From Cereibacter sphaeroides 2.4.1 (GTDB taxonomy: Bacteria > Pseudomonadota > Alphaproteobacteria > Rhodobacterales > Rhodobacteraceae): a DNA stretch of 32,000 nt. The notes beneath the pieces were generated by a model. The model searched no databases. It saw only the letters and a program-made list of their open reading frames with translations, and was not told the origin of the DNA. This document shows positions 11,785-19,372 of this stretch, piece after piece. Position numbers and translations under genes: made by a program. The DNA lies in NCBI RefSeq assembly GCF_000012905.2, contig NC_007494.2:240001-272000 (forward strand), given 5' to 3'. Position 1 is the first letter of the stretch; each line of letters opens with the position of its first letter.

Positions 11785-12807
11785 ATGATGCAGAGCCTGA
11801 GCCGCCGCCATTTCACCTTTGGCCTTGCCGCCGCAGCCAGTCTCGCGGCAGGAGGCGCCGCCTTCGCGCTTCGTCCGGGCGAGCGCGTCCTCGTCGTGGG
11901 CGGCGGTCCCGCCGGGGCCGAGGCGGCGCTTGCGCTCCGGGCCGCTCATCCCCGGGCTTCGGTGCTGCTCGTCGAGCGCGATCCGACGCGGCTTGCGCGC
12001 GAGCCGGATGAGGCGGGCCTTGCGGGTTTCCTGCGCCCGCGCGCCGAGGCGGGGCTTGCGGCCCTGAAGGCCGCGGGCGTGGGTCTCGCCCTCGACGAGG
12101 TGGTGAGCGTCGACTGGGCCGCGGGGCGGGCCGTCCTCTTCTCGGGCCGCGATCTGGCCTTCGACCGGCTACTGCTCGCGCCCGGCACGGCGCCGCGCGA
12201 CGAGGCGATTTCGGGGCTCGATGCGGTGGCCCGCCACGCATGGCCCGCCGCCTGGGGCAGCCCGCGCGAGGCCCGACGTCTGCTCGCAGGCCTTCAGGCG
12301 CTGCCCGAGCGCGGCCATGTCGTCCTGCGCCTGCCCGAGGGCGAGGCCGCCCATCCCGCGGCGGCGCTCGGCCGGGCGCTGGCGCTGGCGGGCCATGTGG
12401 CGCGGCGGCCGGGCGCGCGGCTGACGGTGCTCGACGGCTCGAAGGGCGCGGATCTCGCCCGCGCCTTCGCCGACCGTGCCCCTGCCGAGGCGGCTGCCCG
12501 GGTGGAGTGGGTCTCGGCCGCACAGGGCGGGCGGGTGCGCGCGGTGGATGCGCGGGCAGGGCTGATCGAGACCGAGGCGGGACCGATCCGCGCGGATGTG
12601 GTGAATTTCGTGCCGGCGCTGCGGGCGGGGGCCATCGCCGCGGCGGCGGGCCTTGCCGATACGAGCGGCTGGTGCCCCTGCGATGCGGCGGGCCGGTCCG
12701 TCCTGCGGCGCGAGGCGCTGGTGCTGGGCGACGCGCGGAAGTCGGCCCCGCGCACCGTGGCCGAGGCGCTCCGGTCGGCGCGGGCGGCCACGGATCACCT
12801 CGCCTGA
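11785..12807 (+). CDS. Tat-exported FAD-dependent oxidoreductase, flavocytochrome c sulfide dehydrogenase (FccB/SoxF)-like
   Basis: 340 aa. Tat leader MMQSLSRRHFTFGLAAAASLAAGGAAFA, Rossmann motif VLVVGGGPAGAEAA, C-terminal GWCPCD...LVLGDA resembling FCSD flavoprotein subunits. AGGAGA RBS. Shorter than the roughly 400-430 aa I expect for FccB. Confidence 0.65.
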   Translation: MMQSLSRRHFTFGLAAAASLAAGGAAFALRPGERVLVVGGGPAGAEAALALRAAHPRASVLLVERDPTRLAREPDEAGLAGFLRPRAEAGLAALKAAGVGLALDEVVSVDWAAGRAVLFSGRDLAFDRLLLAPGTAPRDEAISGLDAVARHAWPAAWGSPREARRLLAGLQALPERGHVVLRLPEGEAAHPAAALGRALALAGHVARRPGARLTVLDGSKGADLARAFADRAPAEAAARVEWVSAAQGGRVRAVDARAGLIETEAGPIRADVVNFVPALRAGAIAAAAGLADTSGWCPCDAAGRSVLRREALVLGDARKSAPRTVAEALRSARAATDHLA

Positions 12808-12947
12808 GGGGAACGGCCGGGCGCGGAGCGTCGCAAGCGCAGGGCACGGGCGCTCCGGCGCCTCTGCGGCCGGAGCGGTGCGGCAGGGCGGACTTGCACC
12901 CCGGCCCGATCTCGGCTAGCCGCGCAGGCTTTCTCCGGGAGGGCCCC

Positions 12948-14192
12948 ATGCAAGCCGACACGCTCGCCATCGACTTCGGAACCTCGAACTCCGCCGCCGC
13001 GGTGCTCGAGGAGGGCCGCGTGCAGAGGCTCGCGCTCGAACCGGGCGCCGACACGCTGCCGACGGCGGTCTTCTTCCCCGCCGACCGCGGCCCGATGCGG
13101 ATCGGCGCCGCGGCGGCCGAGGCGCTGATCGCGGGCGAGGAGGGGCGCTACATGCGCGCGCTGAAAAGCGTGCTGGGCGCGCCGCTCTTTCACGAAGCGC
13201 GGCTGGTGGGCGGGCGGCGGCGTACGCTCGCCCAAGTGGTGACGGCCTTCCTCGCCGAGGTGAAGGCGCGCGCGGAGCAGACCACGGGCCGCCCGTTCCG
13301 TCGCGCCCTCTCGGGACGCCCCGTCCGCTTTCATGCCGATCCGGCGCGCGACGCCCGCGCCGAAGAGGATCTGCGGGCCTGCTATCTCGCGGCCGGTTTC
13401 GAGGAGGTCGCGTTCCTCTACGAGCCCGAGGCCGCCGCGCTCGCGAGCCACGCGCTCGGCCGCGACGGCGCGCCGGGGCTGATCGTGGACATCGGCGGTG
13501 GCACCTCGGACTTCTCGCTCTTCCGCGCCGAGGCGGGGCAGGTGGGCATCCTCGCCAGCCACGGCATCCGGCTCGGCGGGACCGACTTCGACCGGTCGGT
13601 CTCGCTCGCCCATGCTATGCCCTGCCTCGGCCATGGCGGGCGGCTGCGGCGCGAGATGGGGCCGGGGCTTCTGCCCATGCCGAACGACCTCTTCGTCGAT
13701 CTCGCGACCTGGGCCAAGATCCCGTTCCTCTATACCCGCGAGACGCGCTCGGCCGTGGCCGAAATGGTGAAGCGCGCCGAGGAGCCGCGGCTGCTGCGCC
13801 GTCTGGCCGAGGTGCTGGAGCATGAGCTCGGGCACGATCTGGCCTTCGCGGTGGAGCGCGGCAAGATCGAGGCCAATGCCGACAAGCCCGGCGCCGCGAT
13901 CCGCATGGGCCGGATCGAGCGCGGGCTCTATGCCGAGATCAGCCAGGCCTCGCTGGCCGAGGCGCTGGCACGGCACCGCGCCGACCTCCGGGCCGCCGCC
14001 GAAGAGACCTGCGGCCGCGCGGGCGTGGCGCCGCAGGAGGTCGAGACGGTGATCCTCGTCGGCGGCTCGAGCCTCATGCGGCTGGTGGCCGAGGAGGCCC
14101 GCGCCCTCTGTCCCGCGGCCGAGCTGCGGAGCGCCGAGGCCTTCACGGCAGTGGTGGACGGGTTGGCGCTGGCGATCGGCCGGCCGGGCTGA
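12948..14192 (+). CDS. Hsp70/actin-fold ATPase, nucleotide-binding domain only (YegD-like)
   Basis: Internal ATG at 12948 with GGGAGGG upstream. 414 aa with AIDFGTSNSAAAV (phosphate-1), IVDIGGGTSDFSLF (phosphate-2) and VILVGGSSLMRLV (adenosine) motifs. No C-terminal substrate-binding domain. Confidence 0.8.
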   Translation: MQADTLAIDFGTSNSAAAVLEEGRVQRLALEPGADTLPTAVFFPADRGPMRIGAAAAEALIAGEEGRYMRALKSVLGAPLFHEARLVGGRRRTLAQVVTAFLAEVKARAEQTTGRPFRRALSGRPVRFHADPARDARAEEDLRACYLAAGFEEVAFLYEPEAAALASHALGRDGAPGLIVDIGGGTSDFSLFRAEAGQVGILASHGIRLGGTDFDRSVSLAHAMPCLGHGGRLRREMGPGLLPMPNDLFVDLATWAKIPFLYTRETRSAVAEMVKRAEEPRLLRRLAEVLEHELGHDLAFAVERGKIEANADKPGAAIRMGRIERGLYAEISQASLAEALARHRADLRAAAEETCGRAGVAPQEVETVILVGGSSLMRLVAEEARALCPAAELRSAEAFTAVVDGLALAIGRPG

Positions 14193-14298
14193 GGCCGACG
14201 AGGCCCGCGCCCGCTGTCTCGCAGCCCTGCTGCGGAGCGCCGGAGCCGTCACGGCGATGGTGGACGAGCTGGCCTTGGCCGCGGGCCCGCCCGGGGCG
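14087..14298 (+). repeat. degenerate tandem duplication (2 x 106 nt) of the 3' end of the Hsp70-like gene
   Basis: Ungapped alignment of 14087-14173 with 14193-14279 gives 72/87 identical positions by hand count. Copy A encodes ARALCPAAELRSAEAFTAVVDGLALAIGRPG-stop. Copy B would read ARARCLAALLRSAGAVTAMVDELALAAGPPG with no stop. Confidence 0.85.
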
Positions 14299-14341
14299 CC
14301 GCCGCAGACCGCGGGTCCGCGGCGGCAGGCTCCGGAGCGGC

Positions 14342-15361
14342 CTACCGGGCGCGGTAGCTCCGCTGCCGCTCGAGCATCCAGCCCGGATATTCCGGCGCCA
14401 GCGCGCTCGCCCGGTCGAGCGCCGCCAGATCCTCGGCCTCGAGCCGCACCTCGGTCGCGGCGATGTTGTCGGCCAGCTGATCCACGCGCTTGGCCCCCAC
14501 GATCACGCTCGTGACCGCCTCCTGATGCAGGAGCCAGGCCAGCGCCACCTGCGCGACAGACGAGCCCTTCGCCTCCGCGATGGGGCGCATCGCCTCGATC
14601 ACGGTCCAGCCGCGATCCTTGTCGACCGGCGGGAAGTCGAAGGCCGCGCGGCGCCCGTCGGCGGCCTTGCCCTCGCGGTCGTACTTTCCCGACAGGAAGC
14701 CGCCCGCCAGCGGGCTCCAGACCATGAGGCCCATGCCCGTGTCCTTCAGCATCGGCACCACCTCGCGCTCGAGATCGCGGCCGGCCAGAGTGTAATAGGC
14801 CTGAAGCGACAGGATCGGCGCCAGACGGCGCGCCTCGGCGATCCCCACCGCCTTCATCACCTGCCAGGCCGCCCAGTTCGACAGGCCGATGTAGCGGACA
14901 TGGCCGTGGCGCACGAGCGTGTCGAGCGCCTCCAGCGTCTCCACGATGGGGGTCTCGGCGTCGAACCCGTGGATCTGATAGAGGTCGATATGGTCGAGCT
15001 GCAGCCGCTCGAGGCTGGCCTTGCACTGATCGAGGATATGGACGCGCGAGGCCCCGCGCGCATTGACGCCTGCGCCCATGGGCCCGAGCACCTTGGTCGC
15101 GATCACCACATCCTCGCGCCGCACCCCGAGGTTGCGCAGCGACCGGCCGAGGATGCGCTCGCTCTCGCCGCCCGCATAGACATTGGCCGTGTCGATGAAA
15201 TTGATGCCCGCATCGAGCGCGGTGCGCACCAGCGCATCCGCCTCGTCCTGTCCGAGCTGACCGATCTGGCCCCAGATGCCGTCCGAGCCGCCGAAGGTCA
15301 TGGTGCCGAGGCAGAGCTCGGAGACAAAAAGGCCGCTCGGGCCGAGACGACGGTAACGCAT
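14342..15361 (-). CDS. aldo/keto reductase (Tas/YajO-like)
   Basis: Last 339 codons of the 1196-aa track ORF. MRYRRLGPSGLFVSELCLGTMTFGG, DTANVYAGGESE, SLERLQLDHIDLYQIH. AAGGAAAGGA RBS upstream of the ATG at 15361. Confidence 0.9.
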   Translation of the reverse strand: MRYRRLGPSGLFVSELCLGTMTFGGSDGIWGQIGQLGQDEADALVRTALDAGINFIDTANVYAGGESERILGRSLRNLGVRREDVVIATKVLGPMGAGVNARGASRVHILDQCKASLERLQLDHIDLYQIHGFDAETPIVETLEALDTLVRHGHVRYIGLSNWAAWQVMKAVGIAEARRLAPILSLQAYYTLAGRDLEREVVPMLKDTGMGLMVWSPLAGGFLSGKYDREGKAADGRRAAFDFPPVDKDRGWTVIEAMRPIAEAKGSSVAQVALAWLLHQEAVTSVIVGAKRVDQLADNIAATEVRLEAEDLAALDRASALAPEYPGWMLERQRSYRAR

Positions 15362-15444
15362 GGATGAAATCCTTTCCTTGTCGGCCGGGCGCTGGCTCCG
15401 CCACGTTTCCGAACATGGGGCAGAGGGGCCGGTTCCCGCGACGC

Positions 15445-15475
15445 CGATCCTCTCGAAATGCTGCACGATCCTCTC
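15445..15475. promoter_or_regulatory. candidate AraC-type operator: 10-nt direct repeat with 21-nt period
   Basis: CGATCCTCTC at 15445-15454 and again at 15466-15475, in the divergent AKR/AraC intergenic region. Confidence 0.4.
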
Positions 15476-15529
15476 AAGCGTGGGCGGCGGCGCTTGGGGC
15501 GGGCCGTGGGCTCGGCTAGGATCCGGGGC

Positions 15530-16441
15530 ATGGATGGATCGCGACTCGACAGGCTGAAGCGGCTCACGCGCGAGCAATGGGACCGGCACGGGCGGCAGGG
15601 GCCGCTCGAGGGGCTGAGGATTTCCTGCGAAACCGCTCCGACCGGGCCGATCCACACGGTCTACGACCCCTCGTTCTGCGTCGTGCTGCAGGGCGCGAAG
15701 ACCAGCCGTCTCGGCGACCGCGCCTTCCGCTACGATGCGGGGAAATGCCTGATCGCCTCGCTCGAGGTGCCGATCCGCGCCGAGATCACCGAGGCCGCGC
15801 CGGGCGCGCCCTATCTCGCCTTCGCGCTCACGCTCGACCCAGCAACGGTGGCCGACCTGATCCTCGGGCAGGGAAGCCTGCCGATGGAGCCCGGGATGCC
15901 GTCCCCGGCGCTCGCCGTGCATCCGCTGACCGAGGAGCTGATCGGGCCGCTCGAGCGGCTTCTTGCGCTGCCGGCGCGGCCGCAGGACATCCCCGTGCTC
16001 GCGCCGATGATCCGCCGCGAGATCGTCTGGCGGCTGCTGACCGGCCCGCAGGGCGCGGCCCTGCGCCAGATCGGGCTCGCCGACAGCCGCATGTCGCGCA
16101 TCGGCCGGGCCATCGCCTGGATCCGCGACCATTTCGCCGAGCCGCTCAGCATCGAGCGGCTGTCGGGCCTCGCGGGGATGAGCCCGGCCACCTTCCACCG
16201 CCATTTCAAGGCGGCGACGGCCATGACCCCGGTGCAGTTCCAGAAGAGCCTGCGCCTGCAGGAGGCGCGGCGGCTGCTCCTCTCGGACGGGGCCGACGTG
16301 GCGCGGGTGGGCTTCGCCATCGGCTACGAGAGCCCGTCGCAGTTCAGCCGCGAATATCGCCGCCTGTTCGGTGCGCCTCCCGGCCGCGACGGGGCCCAGA
16401 TCCGCCGCGAGATCCGGGCGCCCGCGTCCCTCCGCCTCTAG
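15530..16441 (+). CDS. AraC-family transcriptional regulator with AraC_N-type ligand domain
   Basis: C-terminal double HTH (SIERLSGLAGMSPATFHRHFKAATAMTPVQFQKSLRLQEARRLL...FAIGYESPSQFSREYRRLFG). N-terminal PIHTVYDPSFCVVLQGAKTSRLGD... matches the AraC_N family. I prefer the ATG at 15530 (MDGSRLDRL) over the ATG at 15458, whose extra 24 aa are Arg/Gly-rich. Confidence 0.8.
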   Translation: MDGSRLDRLKRLTREQWDRHGRQGPLEGLRISCETAPTGPIHTVYDPSFCVVLQGAKTSRLGDRAFRYDAGKCLIASLEVPIRAEITEAAPGAPYLAFALTLDPATVADLILGQGSLPMEPGMPSPALAVHPLTEELIGPLERLLALPARPQDIPVLAPMIRREIVWRLLTGPQGAALRQIGLADSRMSRIGRAIAWIRDHFAEPLSIERLSGLAGMSPATFHRHFKAATAMTPVQFQKSLRLQEARRLLLSDGADVARVGFAIGYESPSQFSREYRRLFGAPPGRDGAQIRREIRAPASLRL

Positions 16442-16675
16442 GCGGCCCGTTCGGGCAGCAGTCGCCATGGCATCCCGCGTGCCCGGGAACGGACACGCCC
16501 CAATCAACCGCGTCTCCCTCGCGAGACCCGGCAGAGACTTGCCACCCGGCCGCCGCGGACCCCCGGATGACGCGGGTGAGCCGAATTGCGCCGCTCGCAC
16601 GATTGCGGGCTGCCTCCGGACCCGGCACAAGCGCGGGAAGGCGGCCGTCTGGCTGCCGCCTCGGAGGCCAGGAAC

Positions 16676-17707
16676 TTGCCCACCCACGCCCCTCTCGTGC
16701 CGCCGGGCGCGGCCTATTATCCGGTGCAGAGCGCAGGCGACACGCGCAGCTACGCCTTCCTGCTGGTGCCGGGCTTCACGCTTCTGGCCTTCAGTTCCGC
16801 CGTCGAGCCCCTGCGCATCGCCAACCAGCTGTCGCAGAAGCCGCTCTACCGGTGGCGCGTCCTGTCCGAAGGCGGGCGTCCGGTCGCCAGCTCCTCGGGC
16901 ATCACGGTGGCGGCCGATGAGGCGCTGGGACCGCTCGACCGCGAGACCGACCTCATGGTCTGCGCGGGCAACATCCCCTCGGCCGCAGCCGGCTCGGCGG
17001 TGGTGGCCACCGTCCAGCGCCACCACCGCTTCGGCGGCACGGTGGGCGGCATCTGCACCGGCGCCTTCGCCCTCGCCCATGCGGGCGTGCTCGAAGACCG
17101 CCGCTTCACCCTCCATTGGGAGAACCAGCCCGGCTTTCTCGAGGATTTCCCCCGCCTCGTGCCGACCTCGAACCGGTTCGAGAGCGCAGGTCGCACGCTG
17201 ACCTGCGGCGGCGGGGCGGCCTCGACCGACATGATGCTCTCGCTGATCGCCCGGGACCACGGCGCCGATTTCGCCGCCATGGTCTCGGACATGTGCCTGC
17301 GCACCGTGCTCGCGGGGGCCGCGCCCGAGCAGCGCAGCTCGCTCGCCGCCCTGATGCGCTCGCGCAGCCCCGCGCTGATCGCGGTGGTGAAACTCATGAA
17401 CGAGCATCTGGAGGACACGCTCTCGCTCGAGGAACTGTCCGACGCCGCGGGCTGCTCGCGCCGCCATGTCGAACGGCTCTTCAAGGCCACGGTGGGCGAG
17501 ACGCCGAACGGCTTCTACCGCGGCCTGCGGCTCGACCGGGGGCGCAATCTGCTCAGCACCACCGACATGACGCTGCTCGAAGTGGCGACCGCCTGCGGCT
17601 TCAACTCGGTCTCGCATTTCTCGAAATGCTTCAAGGCGCGGTTCGGGACGGTGCCCACGCGCTTCAGCCACCGCAGCCGCAGCCCGAGCCGGATGGCGCG
17701 CGCCTAG
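16676..17707 (+). CDS. GlxA-family transcriptional regulator (DJ-1/PfpI domain + AraC HTH)
   Basis: YAFLLVPGFTLLAFSSAVEPLRIAN and ICTGAFALAHAGVLEDRRFTLHW (DJ-1/PfpI-like), then the AraC HTH SLEELSDAAGCSRRHVERLFK...ACGFNSVSHFSKCFKARFG. Start uncertain: TTG at 16676 has GGAGG 8 nt upstream; alternatives are TTG 16586, GTG 16697 and GTG 16724. Confidence 0.75.
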   Translation: MPTHAPLVPPGAAYYPVQSAGDTRSYAFLLVPGFTLLAFSSAVEPLRIANQLSQKPLYRWRVLSEGGRPVASSSGITVAADEALGPLDRETDLMVCAGNIPSAAAGSAVVATVQRHHRFGGTVGGICTGAFALAHAGVLEDRRFTLHWENQPGFLEDFPRLVPTSNRFESAGRTLTCGGGAASTDMMLSLIARDHGADFAAMVSDMCLRTVLAGAAPEQRSSLAALMRSRSPALIAVVKLMNEHLEDTLSLEELSDAAGCSRRHVERLFKATVGETPNGFYRGLRLDRGRNLLSTTDMTLLEVATACGFNSVSHFSKCFKARFGTVPTRFSHRSRSPSRMARA

Positions 17708-17839
17708 ACGGGGGCCTGACGCGCCCGTAGGGCGGCGCTGGTCGGACTGCCGCCCGCTCCCCCGCAGGACCGGCAGGAGAGCGCCGCGCAGAGGCGGCCG
17801 TCCCGTCGCAGACGGAACCTCGGGCAGCCTCGTCTGTTG

Positions 17840-17865
17840 CTCCGGCTGAACAGCCAGCCGGAGGG
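17840..17865 (+). promoter_or_regulatory. hairpin that sequesters the Shine-Dalgarno of the Mo-hydroxylase operon
   Basis: CTCCGGCTG (17840-17848) pairs perfectly with CAGCCGGAG (17855-17863) across a 6-nt loop. The right arm runs into GGAGGG, 5 nt before the ATG at 17871. Confidence 0.3.
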
Positions 17866-17870
17866 CAAGC

Positions 17871-18392
17871 ATGAAGACCACGCTCACGATCAACGGCGAG
17901 CACCGCGAGATCGAGGCCGAGGCGCGCGTCACCCTGCTCGACGCGTTGCGTCACGACGTCGGGCTGACGGGCACGAAGAAGGGCTGCGACCACGGCCAGT
18001 GCGGCGCCTGCACGGTGATCGTGGACGGTCGGCGCATAAATTCCTGCCTCACGCTCCTCTGCACCCAGGAGGGGGCGGAGGTCACGACCATCGAGGGTCT
18101 GGGCGAGCCCGGGCGGCTCTCGGCGCTGCAGGAGGCTTTCCTTGCGCAGGACGGGTTCCAGTGCGGCTACTGCACCCCGGGCCAGATCTGCTCTGCCACC
18201 GCCATGATCGAGGAGGCCGCGAAGGGCTGGCCCAGCTGGGTGTCCGAAGACCTAGAGGGCGAGGCCGTGCTCAGCCGCGAGGAGATATCCGAGCGGATGA
18301 GCGGCAACCTCTGCCGCTGTGCCTGCTACCCGAACATTGTCGAAGCGATCGCGAAGGTTGCGGAAGCGCGCATGGCGGAGGCTGCCGAATGA
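17871..18392 (+). CDS. molybdenum hydroxylase small subunit, 2x[2Fe-2S] (PaoA/CoxS-like)
   Basis: 173 aa. [12 protein letters not shown] and [11 protein letters not shown]...CRCACYPNI motifs. No Tat leader. Confidence 0.9.
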   Translation: MKTTLTINGEHREIEAEARVTLLDALRHDVGLTGTKKGCDHGQCGACTVIVDGRRINSCLTLLCTQEGAEVTTIEGLGEPGRLSALQEAFLAQDGFQCGYCTPGQICSATAMIEEAAKGWPSWVSEDLEGEAVLSREEISERMSGNLCRCACYPNIVEAIAKVAEARMAEAAE

Positions 18393-19372
18393 AGGATTTC
18401 GCTTATCTTCGCGCCTCCTCCCGCGACGAGGCCACGACCGAGGCGCTGGAGCCCGCGACCCGCTTTCTGGGCGGCGGCACCAACCTTCTGGATCTGATGA
18501 AGCTCGGGATCGAGACGCCCGCCCGGCTGGTGGATGTGAACCGGCTCGATCTGGATTTCATCGAAGAGCTGGACGGCGGCCTGCGCATCGGGGCCACGGT
18601 GCGCAACAGCGATCTGGCGGCCGATCCGCGGGTGCGGCGCAGCTACCCCGTCCTGTCCCGCGCCCTCCTGGCCGGGGCGAGCGGTCAGCTCCGCAACATG
18701 GCCACCACCGCCGGCAACCTTCTTCAGCGCACGCGCTGCCCCTATTTCTACGACACGGACATGGCCTGCAACAAGCGCACCCCCGGTGCCGGCTGCTCGG
18801 CGATCGGCGGCTTTACCCGCTACCACGCGATCCTCGGCGCGTCCGAGGCCTGCATCGCCACCCATCCGAGCGACATGGCCGTGGCGATGGCCGCACTCGA
18901 GGCGGTGGTCGAGATCGAGGCGCCGGGCGGCGCGCGTCGGCATGTGCATCTGGCCGATTTCCACCGCCTGCCGGGCGACACGCCCCATATCGAGACCTGT
19001 CTCGACCCGGGCGACCTCATCACCGCGGTGATCCTGCCCGCGCCCGCGGGCGAGCGGCAAGTCTATCGCAAGATCCGGGATCGCGCCTCCTATGCCTTCG
19101 CGCTCATCTCGGTGGCAGCGGTGGTGCGGATGGAAGAGGGCCGGATCGCCACCGCGCGGCTCGCCTTCGGCGGACTGGCCCACAAGCCATGGCGCGATCC
19201 GGAGGTGGAGGCCTGTCTCGAAGGCGAGACCCCCTCGGACGATCTCTTCGACAGGGCAGCCGACCGGCTGCTGCAGAGCGCCCGAGGTCAGGGCGAGAAC
19301 GATTTCAAGATCCCGCTCACGCGGCGCGCCCTGACGGCGGCGCTGCGCGAAGCCACCGGAGGCATGGCATGA
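18389..19372 (+). CDS. molybdenum hydroxylase FAD-binding subunit (PaoB/YagS-like)
   Basis: 327 aa starting at ATG 18389 (ATGA overlap). [16 protein letters not shown] motif. Four-Cys block [28 protein letters not shown]...[10 protein letters not shown], like the [4Fe-4S]-bearing PaoB. Confidence 0.9.
   Translation: MKDFAYLRASSRDEATTEALEPATRFLGGGTNLLDLMKLGIETPARLVDVNRLDLDFIEELDGGLRIGATVRNSDLAADPRVRRSYPVLSRALLAGASGQLRNMATTAGNLLQRTRCPYFYDTDMACNKRTPGAGCSAIGGFTRYHAILGASEACIATHPSDMAVAMAALEAVVEIEAPGGARRHVHLADFHRLPGDTPHIETCLDPGDLITAVILPAPAGERQVYRKIRDRASYAFALISVAAVVRMEEGRIATARLAFGGLAHKPWRDPEVEACLEGETPSDDLFDRAADRLLQSARGQGENDFKIPLTRRALTAALREATGGMA

Noticed and set aside
14257-14514. 85-aa plus-strand ORF MVDELALAAGPPG...
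   Set aside because: It is simply the translated second copy of the duplicated Hsp70-like 3' end running antisense into the reductase gene. It has no RBS and is not an independent gene.
15458-15529. Upstream ATG (15458) as the start of the AraC_N regulator
   Set aside because: The extra 24 residues (MLHDPLKRGRRRLGRAVGSARIRG) are Arg/Gly-rich and would overlap the candidate operator repeats. Family members as I recall them start close to the MDGSRL position. It is still possible.
16468-16482. TGGCAT-cccgc-GTGC sigma-54-like element upstream of the GlxA-type regulator
   Set aside because: The GG-N10-GC spacing is right, but the -12 region is off-consensus and there is no enhancer-like site nearby. 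It is about 195 nt from the start, and about one such hit is expected by chance in 64 kb of two-strand GC-rich sequence.
15362-17932. N-terminal 857 codons of the 1196-aa minus-strand ORF, and the 873-aa ORF 12795..15416
   Set aside because: They run antisense through the AraC, GlxA and Hsp70-like genes. Only the C-terminal 339 codons (aldo/keto reductase) have family motifs and an RBS.
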